The notes: generated from the sequence alone by a model not told the origin. DNA of 64,000 bases from Saccostrea echinata (GCF_033153115.1 NW_026889758.1:46314001-46378000), one strand, 5' to 3'. Positions 1 through 12,500 are shown, numbered from the stretch's first letter. Made by a program: numbers and translations.

Positions 1-572
1 GTACACATAAGCTTCTTGCCGATTTAATCCACGCCAAGCAAACATTTCGGGTGTTGACTACTGACAGATGCGGAGGAGAGGATGACATTTTTTTTTCTTT
101 TCCTACTGCGGATCCTGTAGAATTTTCGATTCATTTGAAAATACCCTGAGAACCATCACGAGAGATTCCAACAAATCTGATTAACAATGGATCTTAACAT
201 TTATGTAACACAGTTCTCCCATCTAGTCAGAAACTTCAAAATGAAAAATATGAAGATAAAACGAACAGTGTTTGAACATTTTTGTATATTTTTCTCTTTG
301 GCAGACAATAAGATGAAGATCCATAAAGCGTATATTATTTTATTTTAAGTATCAGTTTTCATTCGAACGAACGACTCGTCTACAGGTTTGTAGAGAGTCT
401 TTTTCAATAATGTTGACATTTATTCTTATTTGTATTCACTATGACCTTTAAAATTTCAGTCATCAGTTTGATGGATATTGAAAGTGGAAGTGGATGAAGG
501 AACGTTTTCTGCTTTATTATTTTATTCAAGATATTTTTAAAATATAAAATGAAAACAAAAAATTAAAAAAAT

Positions 573-812
573 AAACACTGGAAAGAAATAAACTAGATAT
601 AAAGATGTGGTAAATAAATAATAATAATTAAAAAAAAAAAACCCACGCATTTTGCGTGTGAAAATCTGATGTATTCATTTAAAAACATCACAAAATAAAC
701 ACTGGAAAGAAATAAACTAGATATAAAGATGTGGTAAATAAATAATAATAATAATAAAAAAAAACCCACGCATTTTGCGTGTGAAAATCTGATGTATTCA
801 TTTAAAAACATC
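573..812. repeat. Tandem duplication of a ~120 bp unit (mirrored at ~7368-7612)
   Basis: aaacactggaaagaaataaactag...tttaaaaacatca occurs twice in tandem. Confidence 0.9.
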
Positions 813-854
813 AAAAAATCAATGCATAAATAAGAAAAAAAAATGAATCCAAGC

Positions 855-3564
855 TTATTGACTTTGTATTGCCATTTCTTTTTTACAGTCTCTCGGTTTT
901 ACAACAATGTTTACGGCGAATGTCTCCACGTTATCTTCTTCTTTAGAAGTTGCTTTCGGGTCTTCATTCAGATATGTTTGAGTTTTAATTTCACTCATCA
1001 CTTTCTCTAAATGACACCATTTTGTGAGTCCTCTCTTTGCGACTTTTTCATTAACTTGTCGTCCTGAACATGACACGACAACCAGCAACGATTACCGTGC
1101 CAGTTACATCCGTGAAACTGGACATACGGCGTTTTTAGCGACGTCATAGCCCTCAACCGGAAAGCGTCCGATTTTCTTTTTCTTTTCCAAATATCAGCTG
1201 CTTGTGAGGAATGGTGTGCTGACCATTGTGGTTCAGCCAGTCCATCAAACAATAAGCAAGAGAGTAACGATCGCGTTCTGGTGGTTTCAATTTACTTTCT
1301 ACTCGACGAGACACGAAAGAACCCACAAGCATTTTTTCTCAAAGCACTGATACATTGATTGGCATCTAAATCAATTATTGTACTACAACTTCTTTTTTTA
1401 GAGGTTGGGATTTCATCTAAATGTTTAAACATGATTCTAAATCCCTTGAATTAGGTTTTGCTTTTATCGTATCCATATACGTCGTTGGCCTGAACAAAAG
1501 ATGCAAAACTAGCCCCTCCTTTCTACTGTCAAAAACTACCCCTCTTTTCTACTGTCAATCTGCATGCAAGACCGACTCCGAAATGCTGCATGTAAAGAAT
1601 CGAAAGAACGTCCTGTGCGGAAGATTCGACTTTAAAGGTTATTGTACCAAACCAGGAAATCGGGACAGTATGTCATATTTTTTTCCTCCCACACTCCGTA
1701 ACAAAGGGTGTATTTTTCGTAATATTTGGACATTTTAAAGAGGGAAAAATAACTTCATGTAGAGGAAGGTTGAAGTAGTTAAATTTTTCAATAGACACTA
1801 AACATTTAATAAAGGAAAAAGCTGTTACATTCCTGCCCGTCGAAAGGACACAAAAACCCCGAATAATTGAAGGTGGAACTCAGATACTGAGTAGTATTTT
1901 AAAAATGTAAACACAGGAGTACATACGCAGGCATAAGCATTATTTTATTTTTACGGTTAATAAGCCATGATATTTCAAACCTAGCGCGAGATCCTTGACG
2001 AGTTAGCTTTTGAATAAATTAATGTCATATGCGGCCTAACTGAAAGGAATGCGAATGATTTGTTTCGGTATTCTTTCGTTTTCAACTTTAATTTTCTGAG
2101 TATTTTCTCCCTTTATCAATCATTTTTTTAATCTTCGTCGTCATGTTCAAGGCATTCAGCCATGACTTTGTTCACATTGTCGACGAAAACAGGGTATCAA
2201 GGGCCTCGAACACGTAGATAATTTCTGCTTTTGCACTATTAGCTATCATTGTCATGTATTAGAGCATGATCCTGACCAAAGTGTTGTTAACTGGTTTTAT
2301 GGTATAACTTGGATCGGTGTATCCATCTATGTTAGAACAGACGTCAACAGTGATGGGAATATGAGTATCTGTTTGTTGCTTAGATCCAGAGCTTTATTGT
2401 TTATAGATCCTAGCATACTCTCAAAGTCAAACACTAAAAAACACTAGTATATTCTTTCGTTCTCGGGAACGTATACACCGAATTGATTTAATCTATCAAA
2501 TACAGACATTGGGGAATACTGAAACACACCTTCATATTTTTCCTTCCTTTTTTTTTTTTTTTTGGTCCGAACACACTGATGTTGTTTCATATTTTTTTTA
2601 TAATAATTGAAATGATGATAAATATGTTTTGCACTGGAATTTAATTTGGTATTAGAATTAAAATTCGAGATGTAAGACAGATGATTTCGAATAGATTTAA
2701 TTTAAACCTGCTTGAAAATTTACCTAGCGATTTGTAGACAGACTGTGTCGATTGTTCAGAGAAAAGACATTTACGTTAAAATTGAAGCATGTTTCATATC
2801 AAACGAATTTCTTTTGAGGTAATGCATCGTAAAAGTTTTAGTCTTTTTTAGTGAGCTTTTTAAAAAAAAAAAAATAAGGCACAATGTTGAATCAAATTAT
2901 TTACACGAGATTCTGAGTCACTGTGATAGTAGCTTTGAGGAAGCACTATACATCGTAACGCACAAGATTAAATATCTGTATATCCTCGACCTTTCTGGTC
3001 CTTTGTCAACTTAACAATGGATTTTGATCGACTAATGTTGTGAAGTAGAATTACGTCCGTATTTTCAAATACAAGATTAAGTTGATTTATGAAAGTGCGT
3101 GCATTGGTTACTAAATATGGCTTCCATTTTATGTAATTAGAATTATTAAGTCGTCGCATGTGCTACTGCAGGCAATTTAAATGTTCGCGCCGCGACACTT
3201 AAAAAGTCTCTGAAAAATCCTTGATTATGATGGGGTTTGAAATACCTATATTCTTTTGTTTCACTTTGTAACAATACGTGTTCAAATTCTGAATTTAATC
3301 TGAACGCTCTACTTTGACTATAATTCATGTTGTTTGCTGCTGGCATGCTTTCCCCAACAGAAAACAATATCTTTGGAGAAATTATACACACTACAAACAT
3401 TTCTCTCTTGGTGACGTCTTAAAATGATCGGGACAATAAGTTTTTTTTTTTATATCCTTCAATTTATCATCAACGCTTCCACCTTCTTCCAACGGAGGAA
3501 TCCCGTTCCCCCATGGTATGACTTGCAACTGTCCCCTCTCTCCTACTTGAAAATGTTCATTCAT
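855..3564 (-). pseudogene. Inverted duplicate of the pPolB pseudogene
   Basis: Mirror of 4616-7325. Confidence 0.8.
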
Positions 3565-3566
3565 CT

Positions 3567-3932
3567 GGGTGAAATTAAAATCAAATCAAGATTTTTTTTT
3601 TAATTTCAATAGATCTTTGTCAAGAATTATTTTTTTATTATTCTGAAAAGCAAAAATTAGTTGCTTCAGAATTGAAATGTAAAAATCAGACTTTAAAAGG
3701 AAAGAAATGTTTTTAAAAAGTGTTAGTTATAACATTTCTTTTTCATTAATTTTATTTTGTATCTTTTAGTTTTTTTTTTATAAGCAAATAAATATATTTA
3801 CAGTAAAAGATACAAAATATTACAATTCTGAAGCAACTAATATTTGCTTTTCAGGATAATAAAAAAATAATTCTTGACAAAGATCTATTGAAATTAAAAA
3901 AAAAAAATCTTGATTTGATTTTAATTTCACCC
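3567..3932. repeat. Nested hairpin in the palindrome spacer (arms 3567-3674 / 3823-3932)
   Basis: gggtgaaattaaaatcaaatcaag...gcttcagaattg versus caattctgaagc...cttgatttgattttaatttcaccc. A smaller inner IR (tattttgtatctttta / taaaagatacaaaata) is also present. Confidence 0.92.
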
Positions 3933-4226
3933 AATTCAGAGGCATTTTTCAAGATTGTGTTTGTGTGTGTTTTTAAAGAAAAATCAGTAGAGATCCGGTG
4001 GTATTCACAGTGGGGTATTTAATTAATTCTCTTTTAAATTAACCCCTCTATTTTTAAGCAAACAATTTTAGATAATTTTTTTTTTTTCATTATACAGAAC
4101 AATCATTTTCATTCGTGACGCAGTCACAGGTCAGCTGAAAATCAAAGTGAGTTAGACATTTGTTTTATTTTATTTTCAAATTTTATAAATGAGCTATGCT
4201 TCGTATATTTATTTTCCAACTTACCA

Positions 4227-4447
4227 TAGTGTAGATTCCTTATTTTACGCGAGTACTTAATATCGCGAAATGGTCCAAGGGCGTCAAATCGCGAGAACAA
4301 TAATTCGCGAATGGGTGATTTATCTAGAGAGTTTACATACATTAAAGCACCATAAAAATAAAAGTGGGTAATTTTATTTCGCGAGTGGTGCTTCTCGCGT
4401 AATTACGCGATAATTTATTCCTCGCGTATATTTAGGAATTTACAGTA
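4227..4447. mobile_element. MITE with TA-flanked TIRs
   Basis: tagtgtagattcct...tacgcgag versus ctcgcgta...aggaatttacagta, with internal cgcga repeats. Confidence 0.7.
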
Positions 4448-4607
4448 TTTAAAAATTTGAAGCTCTTTCTTCATACATTGAAATATTTAAGAAAGAAGTT
4501 TAACTTTTCATTTATTTTTTTGAATTCTATTTTTTTTTTCGATGATTCAAGAACCGATTAAACGTTGTACATGTAGAACTTGTAATAAGAGATTTGACTG
4601 GACTCTG

Positions 4608-7600
4608 TTCACCAGATGAATGAACATTTTCAAGTAGGAGAGAGGGGACAGTTGCAAGTCATACCATGGGGGAACGGGATTCCTTTGTTGGAAGAAGGTG
4701 GAAGCGTTGATGATAAATTGAAGGATATATATATATATAAAAAACTTATTGTCCCGATCATTTTAAGACGTCACCAAGAGGGAAATGTTTGTAGTGTGTA
4801 TAATTTCTCCAAAGATATTGTTTTCTGTTGGGGAAAGCATGCCAGCAGCAAACAACATGAATTATAGTCAAAGTAGAGCGTTCAGATTAAATTCAGAATT
4901 TGAACACGTATTGTTACAAAGTGAAACAAAAGAATATAGGTATTTCAAACCCCATCATAATCAAGGATTTTTCAGAGACTTTTTAAGTGTCGCGGCGCGA
5001 ACATAAATTGCCTGCAGTAGCACATGCGACGACTTAATAATTCTAATTACATAAAATGGAAGCCATATTTAGTAACCAATGCACGCACTTTCATAAATCA
5101 ACTTAATCTTGTATTTGAAAATACGGACGTAATTCTACTTCACAACATTAGTCGATCAAAATCCATTGTTAAGTTGACAAAGGACCAGAAAGGTCGAGGA
5201 TATACAGATATTTAATCTTGTGCGTTACGATGTATAGTGCTTCCTCAAAGCTACTATCACAGTGACTCAGAATCTCGTGTAAATAATTTGATTCAACATT
5301 GTGCCTTATTTTTTTTTTTAAAAAGCTCACCAAAAAAAACTAAAACTTTTACGATGCATTACCTCAAAAGAAATTCGTTTGATATGAAACATGCTTCAAT
5401 TTTAACGTAAATGTCTTTTCTCTGAACAATCGACACAGTCTGTCTACAAATCGCTAGGTAAATTTTCAAGCAGGTTTAAATTAAATCTATTCGAAATCAT
5501 CTGTCTTACATCTCGAATTTTAATTCTAATACCAAATTAAATTCCAGTGCAAACATATTTATCATCATTTCAATTATTATAAAAAAAATATGAAACAACA
5601 TCAGTGTGTTCGGACCAAAAAAAAAAAAAAAAGGAAGGAAAAATATGAAGGTGTGTTTCAGTATTCCCCAATGTCTGTATTTGATAGATTAAATCAATTC
5701 GGTGTATACGTTCCCGAGAACGAAAGAATATACTAGTGTTTTTTAGTGTTTGACTTTGAGAGTATGCTAGGATCTATAAACAATAAAGCTCTGGATCTAA
5801 GCAACAAACAGATACTCATATTCCCATCACTGTTGACGTCTGTTCTAACATAGATGGATACACCGATCCAAGTTATACCATAAAACCAGTTAACAACACT
5901 TTGGTCAGGATCATGCTCTAATACATGACAATGATAGCTAATAGTGCAAAAGCAGAAATTATCTACGTGTTCGAGGCCCTTGATACCCTGTTTTCGTCGA
6001 CAATGTGAACAAAGTCATGGCTGAATGCCTTGAACATGACGACGAAGATTAAAAAAATGATTGATAAAGGGAGAAAATACTCAGAAAATTAAAGTTGAAA
6101 ACGAAAGAATACCGAAACAAATCATTCGCATTCCTTTCAGTTAGGCCGCATATGACATTAATTTATTCAAAAGCTAACTCGTCAAGGATCTCGCGCTAGG
6201 TTTGAAATATCATGGCTTATTAACCGTAAAAATAAAATAATGCTTATGCCTGCGTATGTACTCCTGTGTTTACATTTTTAAAATACTACTCAGTATCTGA
6301 GTTCCACCTTCAATTATTCGGGGTTTTTGTGTCCTTTCGACGGGCAGGAATGTAACAGCTTTTTCCTTTATTAAATGTTTAGTGTCTATTGAAAAATTTA
6401 ACTACTTCAACCTTCCTCTACATGAAGTTATTTTTCCCTCTTTAAAATGTCCAAATATTACGAAAAATACACCCTTTGTTACGGAGTGTGGGAGGAAAAA
6501 AATATGACATACTGTCCCGATTTCCTGGTTTGGTACAATAACCTTTAAAGTCGAATCTTCCGCACAGGACGTTCTTTCGATTCTTTACATGCAGCATTTC
6601 GGAGTCGGTCTTGCATGCAGATTGACAGTAGAAAAGAGGGGTAGTTTTTGACAGTAGAAAGGAGGGGCTAGTTTTGCATCTTTTGTTCAGGCCAACGACG
6701 TATATGGATACGATAAAAGCAAAACCTAATTCAAGGGATTTAGAATCATGTTTAAACATTTAGATGAAATCCCAACCTCTAAAAAAAGAAGTTGTAGTAC
6801 AATAATTGATTTAGATGCCAATCAATGTATCAGTGCTTTGAGAAAAAATGCTTGTGGGTTCTTTCGTGTCTCGTCGAGTAGAAAGTAAATTGAAACCACC
6901 AGAACGCGATCGTTACTCTCTTGCTTATTGTTTGATGGACTGGCTGAACCACAATGGTCAGCACACCATTCCTCACAAGCAGCTGATATTTGGAAAAGAA
7001 AAAGAAAATCGGACGCTTTCCGGTTGAGGGCTATGACGTCGCTAAAAACGCCGTATGTCCAGTTTCACGGATGTAACTGGCACGGTAATCGTTGCTGGTT
7101 GTCGTGTCATGTTCAGGACGACAAGTTAATGAAAAAGTCGCAAAGAGAGGACTCACAAAATGGTGTCATTTAGAGAAAGTGATGAGTGAAATTAAAACTC
7201 AAACATATCTGAATGAAGACCCGAAAGCAACTTCTAAAGAAGAAGATAACGTGGAGACATTCGCCGTAAACATTGTTGTAAAACCGAGAGACTGTAAAAA
7301 AGAAATGGCAATACAAAGTCAATAAGCTTGGATTCATTTTTTTTTCTTATTTATGCATTGATTTTTTGATGTTTTTAAATGAATACATCAGATTTTCACA
7401 CGCAAAATGCGTGGGTTTTTTTTTATTATTATTATTATTTATTTACCACATCTTTATATCTAGTTTATTTCTTTCCAGTGTTTATTTTGTGATGTTTTTA
7501 AATGAATACATCAGATTTTCACACGCAAAATGCGTGGGTTTTTTTTTTTTTAATTATTATTATTTATTTACCACATCTTTATATCTAGTTTATTTCTTTC

Positions 7601-8180
7601 CAGTGTTTATTTTTTTAATTTTTTGTTTTCATTTTATATTTTAAAAATATCTTGAATAAAATAATAAAGCAGAAAACGTTCCTTCATCCACTTCCACTTT
7701 CAATATCCATCAAACTGATGACTGAAATTTTAAAGGTCATAGTGAATACAAATAAGAATAAATGTCAACATTATTGAAAAAGACTCTCTACAAACCTGTA
7801 GACGAGTCGTTCGTTCGAATGAAAACTGATACTTAAAATAAAATAATATACGCTTTATGGATCTTCATCTTATTGTCTGCCAAAGAGAAAAATATACAAA
7901 AATGTTCAAACACTGTTCGTTTTATCTTCATATTTTTCATTTTGAAGTTTCTGACTAGATGGGAGAACTGTGTTACATAAATGTTAAGATCCATTGTTAA
8001 TCAGATTTGTTGGAATCTCTCGTGATGGTTCTCAGGGTATTTTCAAATGAATCGAAAATTCTACAGGATCCGCAGTAGGAAAAGAAAAAAAAATGTCATC
8101 CTCTCCTCCGCATCTGTCAGTAGTCAACACCCGAAATGTTTGCTTGGCGTGGATTAAATCGGCAAGAAGCTTATGTGTAC
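4608..8180. repeat. Right arm of the inverted repeat
   Basis: Reverse complement of 1-3574. The few differences seen are mostly in the inner ~1 kb and in homopolymer lengths. Confidence 0.98.
4616..7325 (+). pseudogene. Polinton-type protein-primed DNA polymerase B, frameshifted and truncated
   Basis: Colinear motifs across frames: ETKEYRYFKPHHN; KWKPYLVTN...KSIVKLTKD...CALRC; VFDRLNQFGVYVPENERIY*CFLVFDFESML (Exo I-like); HIPITVDVCSNIDGY; TQYLSSTFNYSGFL; DFLVWYNNL; KIGRFPVEGYD...QFHGCNWHG. Confidence 0.8.
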
Positions 8181-8398
8181 ACACGATTTGAGCTCGACAA
8201 TTCATAGTGTTTCATGTAAAGTACAACCTGTGGAAATTTGTCATATATTATTACGCTAACCTCTTCGGTAATGGTACATCAGAAGTAGTATAATATCTGT
8301 GTGGGGCGTTCAAACAACATATTCTTTTGCTGTCCGAAAGCAAGAGAAAGACAAAAGAAGGATTATCCGGATTAGTGGTAAAGAGGGTTAGTTTGTGT

Positions 8399-9001
8399 TT
8401 ATTCACTACGATAGCGGCAAACGGGGCAGGATTGAATTCTTATGATTTGCATGTATTTCTTACATTGTAGACAGCAGGGATATTGATGACAGCGTTGACA
8501 AATCCAGGAACTTTTTGTATTGTCTTTCAAACAGATAAAACAATTATCAATTTGAATAGACCTTTTCTTGATGACCCATTTAGGGATCCATACACGTGAA
8601 CAGTGTTCGTAGAAGTTTCCAAGTTCAACATGACAACAGTCATCGTCTCTGTCTCCTGATCTGAGATACTGTTTCATGATTGTATGACCATTGCAATAGC
8701 GCTCCTGGTATATTTCTACCTCAAACATCCACAATGGTGCAAAAAATTTCCAAACTGTGCCCCTATTCCTCCTTTTTCTTAATCTCATATATCCCTTCGC
8801 TATTATTTCCCCTGAAGATTGAAGGTAATATCTCCAAATGATATATTGAATGATCGCCATATCATATTCGTACAGATCATGCATATCTCTCCTAAATGTT
8901 TCTTCTAGGACCCGATCTCTCAATTCGTATATAAAACACCAGTTTTTAAACCTCGAATCTTTATACGATTGGCTTACTAACTCTTTCCTGTCTCCATCCA
9001 T
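8399..9001 (-). CDS. 200-aa protein: CRESS-virus Rep (HUH endonuclease)-like N-terminal domain fused to a C-terminal RING-like zinc finger
   Basis: KNWCFIY (motif I-like); YIIW...SGEIIAKGYMRLRKRRNRGTVWKFF (motif II region, with the His of PHLQGY absent); KQYL...VELG; C-terminal CFIC-x10-CQRCH-x3-CCLQC-x11-CPVC. Confidence 0.65.
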   Translation of the reverse strand: MDGDRKELVSQSYKDSRFKNWCFIYELRDRVLEETFRRDMHDLYEYDMAIIQYIIWRYYLQSSGEIIAKGYMRLRKRRNRGTVWKFFAPLWMFEVEIYQERYCNGHTIMKQYLRSGDRDDDCCHVELGNFYEHCSRVWIPKWVIKKRSIQIDNCFICLKDNTKSSWICQRCHQYPCCLQCKKYMQIIRIQSCPVCRYRSE

Positions 9002-10499
9002 ATTTTCAAGGTGTCGGGGCCCTTACTCGTTTCAACTATACGAAAGAAAGTCCGTGGCGTGAACAAATGGGCAGATCCCGAATAGATCATTTCCGTGATC
9101 GACAAATGTGACGTCATACAAAGAAAATAAATATATTTGGATGCTTTTCTATCTTCGTCATCCTATGAAGAAAAGAGTTTTAAAAAAAAAACTACGTCTT
9201 TATTTGATAGCGCCTCTAATTTTGTAGAGAACAGATTCTTGTGCATATCATACGTGGAGCGATAATACAATTCTTCCCTTGTCTGCGAACCTTCCACGTC
9301 TTGAGATTTCAATACTAACTTCATTTGGTCGTACCAAGACTTGTACTTCTCATATACATGTAGAATATAAATAAAATATATTTTATTCTGCAGATAAATT
9401 TAATTGAAAGTAACAGAGAGTTTTTAAAAGTTATATCCCCCCCCCACACACACACACACAAACACACCATCCTCCCCTTTTCTTTATCATGTTTATATAA
9501 AGATGAGTCTTAAAAATTAACCGATATTAAAATCGTCGCATAATCCCATTGCAATTTATCTATCTATTTGAAAAGTTCAAACATTTGCCTCCTATTATTT
9601 TTATATGAAATTTCACACTTGGAAATGTACGTGCATCATATCGCCCATGCGATTTTGTGCGAATTTGATAACACAATTCATATCTCCTTGGTAAACAACG
9701 TTTCATCTTTCAAATATAGTTATAGACACTACCCAGTGAGTACCTTATATATCCTAAATGAATCATAATTAAGCTACACAACAATGAACATGAATAATCA
9801 TTTTATTTAATTGTTAATTACATATGTATATACATGATAACCTTTCCACGAGTTTCACGAACATGAAAATATATTTAAAGATTTTTGGATATTACACACA
9901 TTTTGATTCAGTTTTTCATCACCAGTTCCGGTGCTCTTATTGATTCGATAGGGGCAAAACAGCATGCTTAATTCATTCAAATAACCATCTATTAGATAGC
10001 AAGGTTTTGGTTCGTGATCGACATCGTTCGGTGACTGGGAGTATACGCAACGCAGCAAAGACGAGGAGGGAAGAGAGAGTGTTTTAATAAAGTTCTACTC
10101 CGCAATTTACATTTATGAAAATCCTTATTGCACTAACTATTTATTGATTTATACTTTCTTGTTTTTGCATTCATTAATTTATCATGTACATATATTAATG
10201 TCCAGATCTTTATATCTAGATGGTACTTTGTAGAAGACTTCATACTACAAATCTACTGACGTTTTAAAAAACTTTCAGATCAAATTTCGCCATTTGCTTG
10301 ATACACAACGCTTTGTCAACAATCGGCTTGTAATTTATTCGCATTCCGGTGGTGAGTTATGATGATGTAACAAAAATCATGGACTTGTGTTTGATACATA
10401 TATTTATTAGATTACATATACTTAATACGAATTTACACACAAAGTAAAAAAATTAGGTTTACAAAACATAAAAAGGTATGATTGTCACACACGATTTGT

Positions 10500-10826
10500 A
10501 CAGTTTTCACATAAAAAGAATATTTGACACATTTCGTAAGTAGTCGTTTCAACAGTTCTGGTAGTCTCCTTTTACCGTCAAGAAAATATTAGCACGGATG
10601 TGATAGTGGAGATCTTTCTTGTTCAAGGCTGCGTGGACCATATCAATTGCAAGCGTTAGACTTTTAAATAGCTGCAAGTTTAAACTGATGCCTTTCTTGG
10701 AAGGGAACTGACGATTTTCCGTTATTTCCATTCTCGTACGTCAACTCTACGTTCGCCATTGCTTAATATACACGCTAGAATGTATCACTCGTTTCTTAGA
10801 TGTAGACTCTTCGGTGTAGAAGACAT
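10500..10826 (-). pseudogene. PC4/Sub1-like ssDNA-binding protein, disrupted
   Basis: RRVDVREW / RQFPSKKGISLNLQLFKSL signature, split by a frameshift, with an upstream in-frame stop. Confidence 0.75.
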
Positions 10827-11255
10827 GTTTTGATAAGTTCTTAGCTTAATGAATGTACATATATTTAAATAGAAACTTAAAGATCTTAAATCGGAACACT
10901 TTCATTTCCAAATATTTTTCCGATTGGTTTATAACGATCAAGTGACTACATCTTATACATGTATAATAATGACCAAACGGAAGTTTGTCAAATGAAACGT
11001 GTAATAATTAAGTTTGATTTTAATCAAACAAGGATGTGAAATAATAAAATACAATCACACTTTACTCATGAACATTAATCCCTTCCGAATCATGTTTACT
11101 GCATTGATACACATCTTTTACATATTTTTAATCTAGCATGTATTTTAGATATACCTTAAATGGAAAACTCTTCTTAATTATATATAATATATTGGGGTCT
11201 GTTCTGACTTTTATTTATTTCATTTGTAATGGGACTGAATTCTATATAGTTCAAT

Positions 11256-11471
11256 TTAATATTGTTTTATCGTTAAACGTTTGAACGAGTATCTTAATCT
11301 ATATGAAACTAAATGTTTCTCAAGTATTGGTTCGAGGATTTGTGATAGATTATCGATCCGTCTCTGAATACGACATCTGTCCACAGCCCTTAACATCCAT
11401 TCTCCCTTACGATCCTCATAAGGAACGTTAATTATTGTATCATCACCTAAAAATCTAACAATCTTTTTCAT
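11256..11471 (-). CDS. 71-aa GADD34/PPP1R15 C-terminal-like (ICP34.5/DP71L-type) PP1-binding protein
   Basis: KKIVRF (RVxF-type) followed by RKGEW...AVDRCRIQRRI...ILEPIL, matching the RxGxW-RDRxRFxRRI pattern. Confidence 0.8.
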   Translation of the reverse strand: MKKIVRFLGDDTIINVPYEDRKGEWMLRAVDRCRIQRRIDNLSQILEPILEKHLVSYRLRYSFKRLTIKQY

Positions 11472-11929
11472 TGCATTATATTAATCCAGAGCTATTGGGT
11501 AGAATCTTTTGTGTTCATTCTTTTACAAAGAAAATATCAAATTTGCCTCCTCATATCAGAACATATAGAAAATATATTTTCCCCTTACTTTATTACCCTT
11601 CATACATACTCTTAGAATACATATTTATAAATTAATTCAATGAAACTTGTTCTTATAAACCCCGACGATTTAACATTGCACGACATCTGTCGAAATGGTC
11701 CCTAAAAATACCAGGTGTAAAAGTATTTTAATATGTAAATATTAATTCTATGTATTGATGAACGGAATAAATTGTTAAAAGGATTAAAACTCTCGTTTTA
11801 TTGATCTATTCATATCCGATTTTTGGCTTCCTTATCTTGTTATCCTGGTATAATACACTTGATCTATCATAGGATCCTCAAATTTGGTAGCTCCTCAAAT
11901 TAGCACGAAATGTCCCCCACTATACTACT

Positions 11930-12260
11930 GATACACATATAATTCTTCTTCAGTAGCGTCAGTTATGCTTTGTAAACCAATAATATTTCTGTCCGAGAGA
12001 AACTCTTCCAGGTCATTAATATATAAGGAAAATAAAAAAGGGGATAGATTTTCACCCTTGGCGAACACCAACATTACAGTTAAAATAATCTGTGATTGTG
12101 CCATTCAGATTTATCATAGATTTAATTCCTATATACATATTTTTGATGTAGTTAATACATTTTCCACTAACCCCACTCTTAAATAGCTTATGCCACAATC
12201 CAAATCTCCAAACCGTATCAAAAGCTTGTTTAAAATCAATGAAAGCGCAGAAAAGTTTTA
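11930..12260 (-). mobile_element. Non-LTR (RTE-X/L2-like) reverse transcriptase fragment
   Basis: CAFIDFKQAFDTVWRFGLWHKL...VGVRQG*NLSPFLFSLYINDL. Confidence 0.85.
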
Positions 12261-12261
12261 C

Positions 12262-12500
12262 CAATTCTACATAGGTGAAACGGGGACAACATTGAGAGCC
12301 AGAATCCGGGTGCATAAACAACACATTCAAGTCCCCGAGTACCGCAAGATGAAACTCAGCGAACATATAGATATATGCGGACACGGACAATTTAAAGTAT
12401 TTCCTTTTTAAAAACTTTTTAGAGACAATATAATTGAAAGAAGAGAAAAAGAAAAACATTTCATTCAAAAATTTAAACCCAGTCTTAACAGTTTGATTTA
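12262..12500 (+). mobile_element. Penelope-like GIY-YIG endonuclease C-terminal fragment
   Basis: FYIGETGTTLRARIRVHKQHI...LSEHIDIC...REEKEKHFIQKFKPSLN. Confidence 0.8.

Larger units (their letters stand above)
1..3574. repeat. Left arm of a >3.5 kb inverted repeat (partner 4608-8180)
   Basis: Base 1 (gtacacataagc) is the reverse complement of 8180. Identical ORFs are mirrored, e.g. 1421..1738+ = 6442..6759-. Confidence 0.98.
1..11900. mobile_element. Degenerate Polinton/Maverick-like (adintovirus-like) endogenous element remnant; boundaries approximate, left end outside window
   Basis: Frameshifted pPolB plus clustered short intronless virus-type genes (PC4-like, GADD34-like, Rep-RING). No integrase, capsid or ATPase recognised in the window. 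Confidence 0.7.

Noticed and set aside
593-1738. Short ORFs in the palindrome arms (e.g. 1421..1738+, 593..814-) and their mirrors
   Set aside because: They are antisense or off-frame shadows of the pPolB pseudogene or of the tandem repeat. Their duplication reflects the IR, not conservation.
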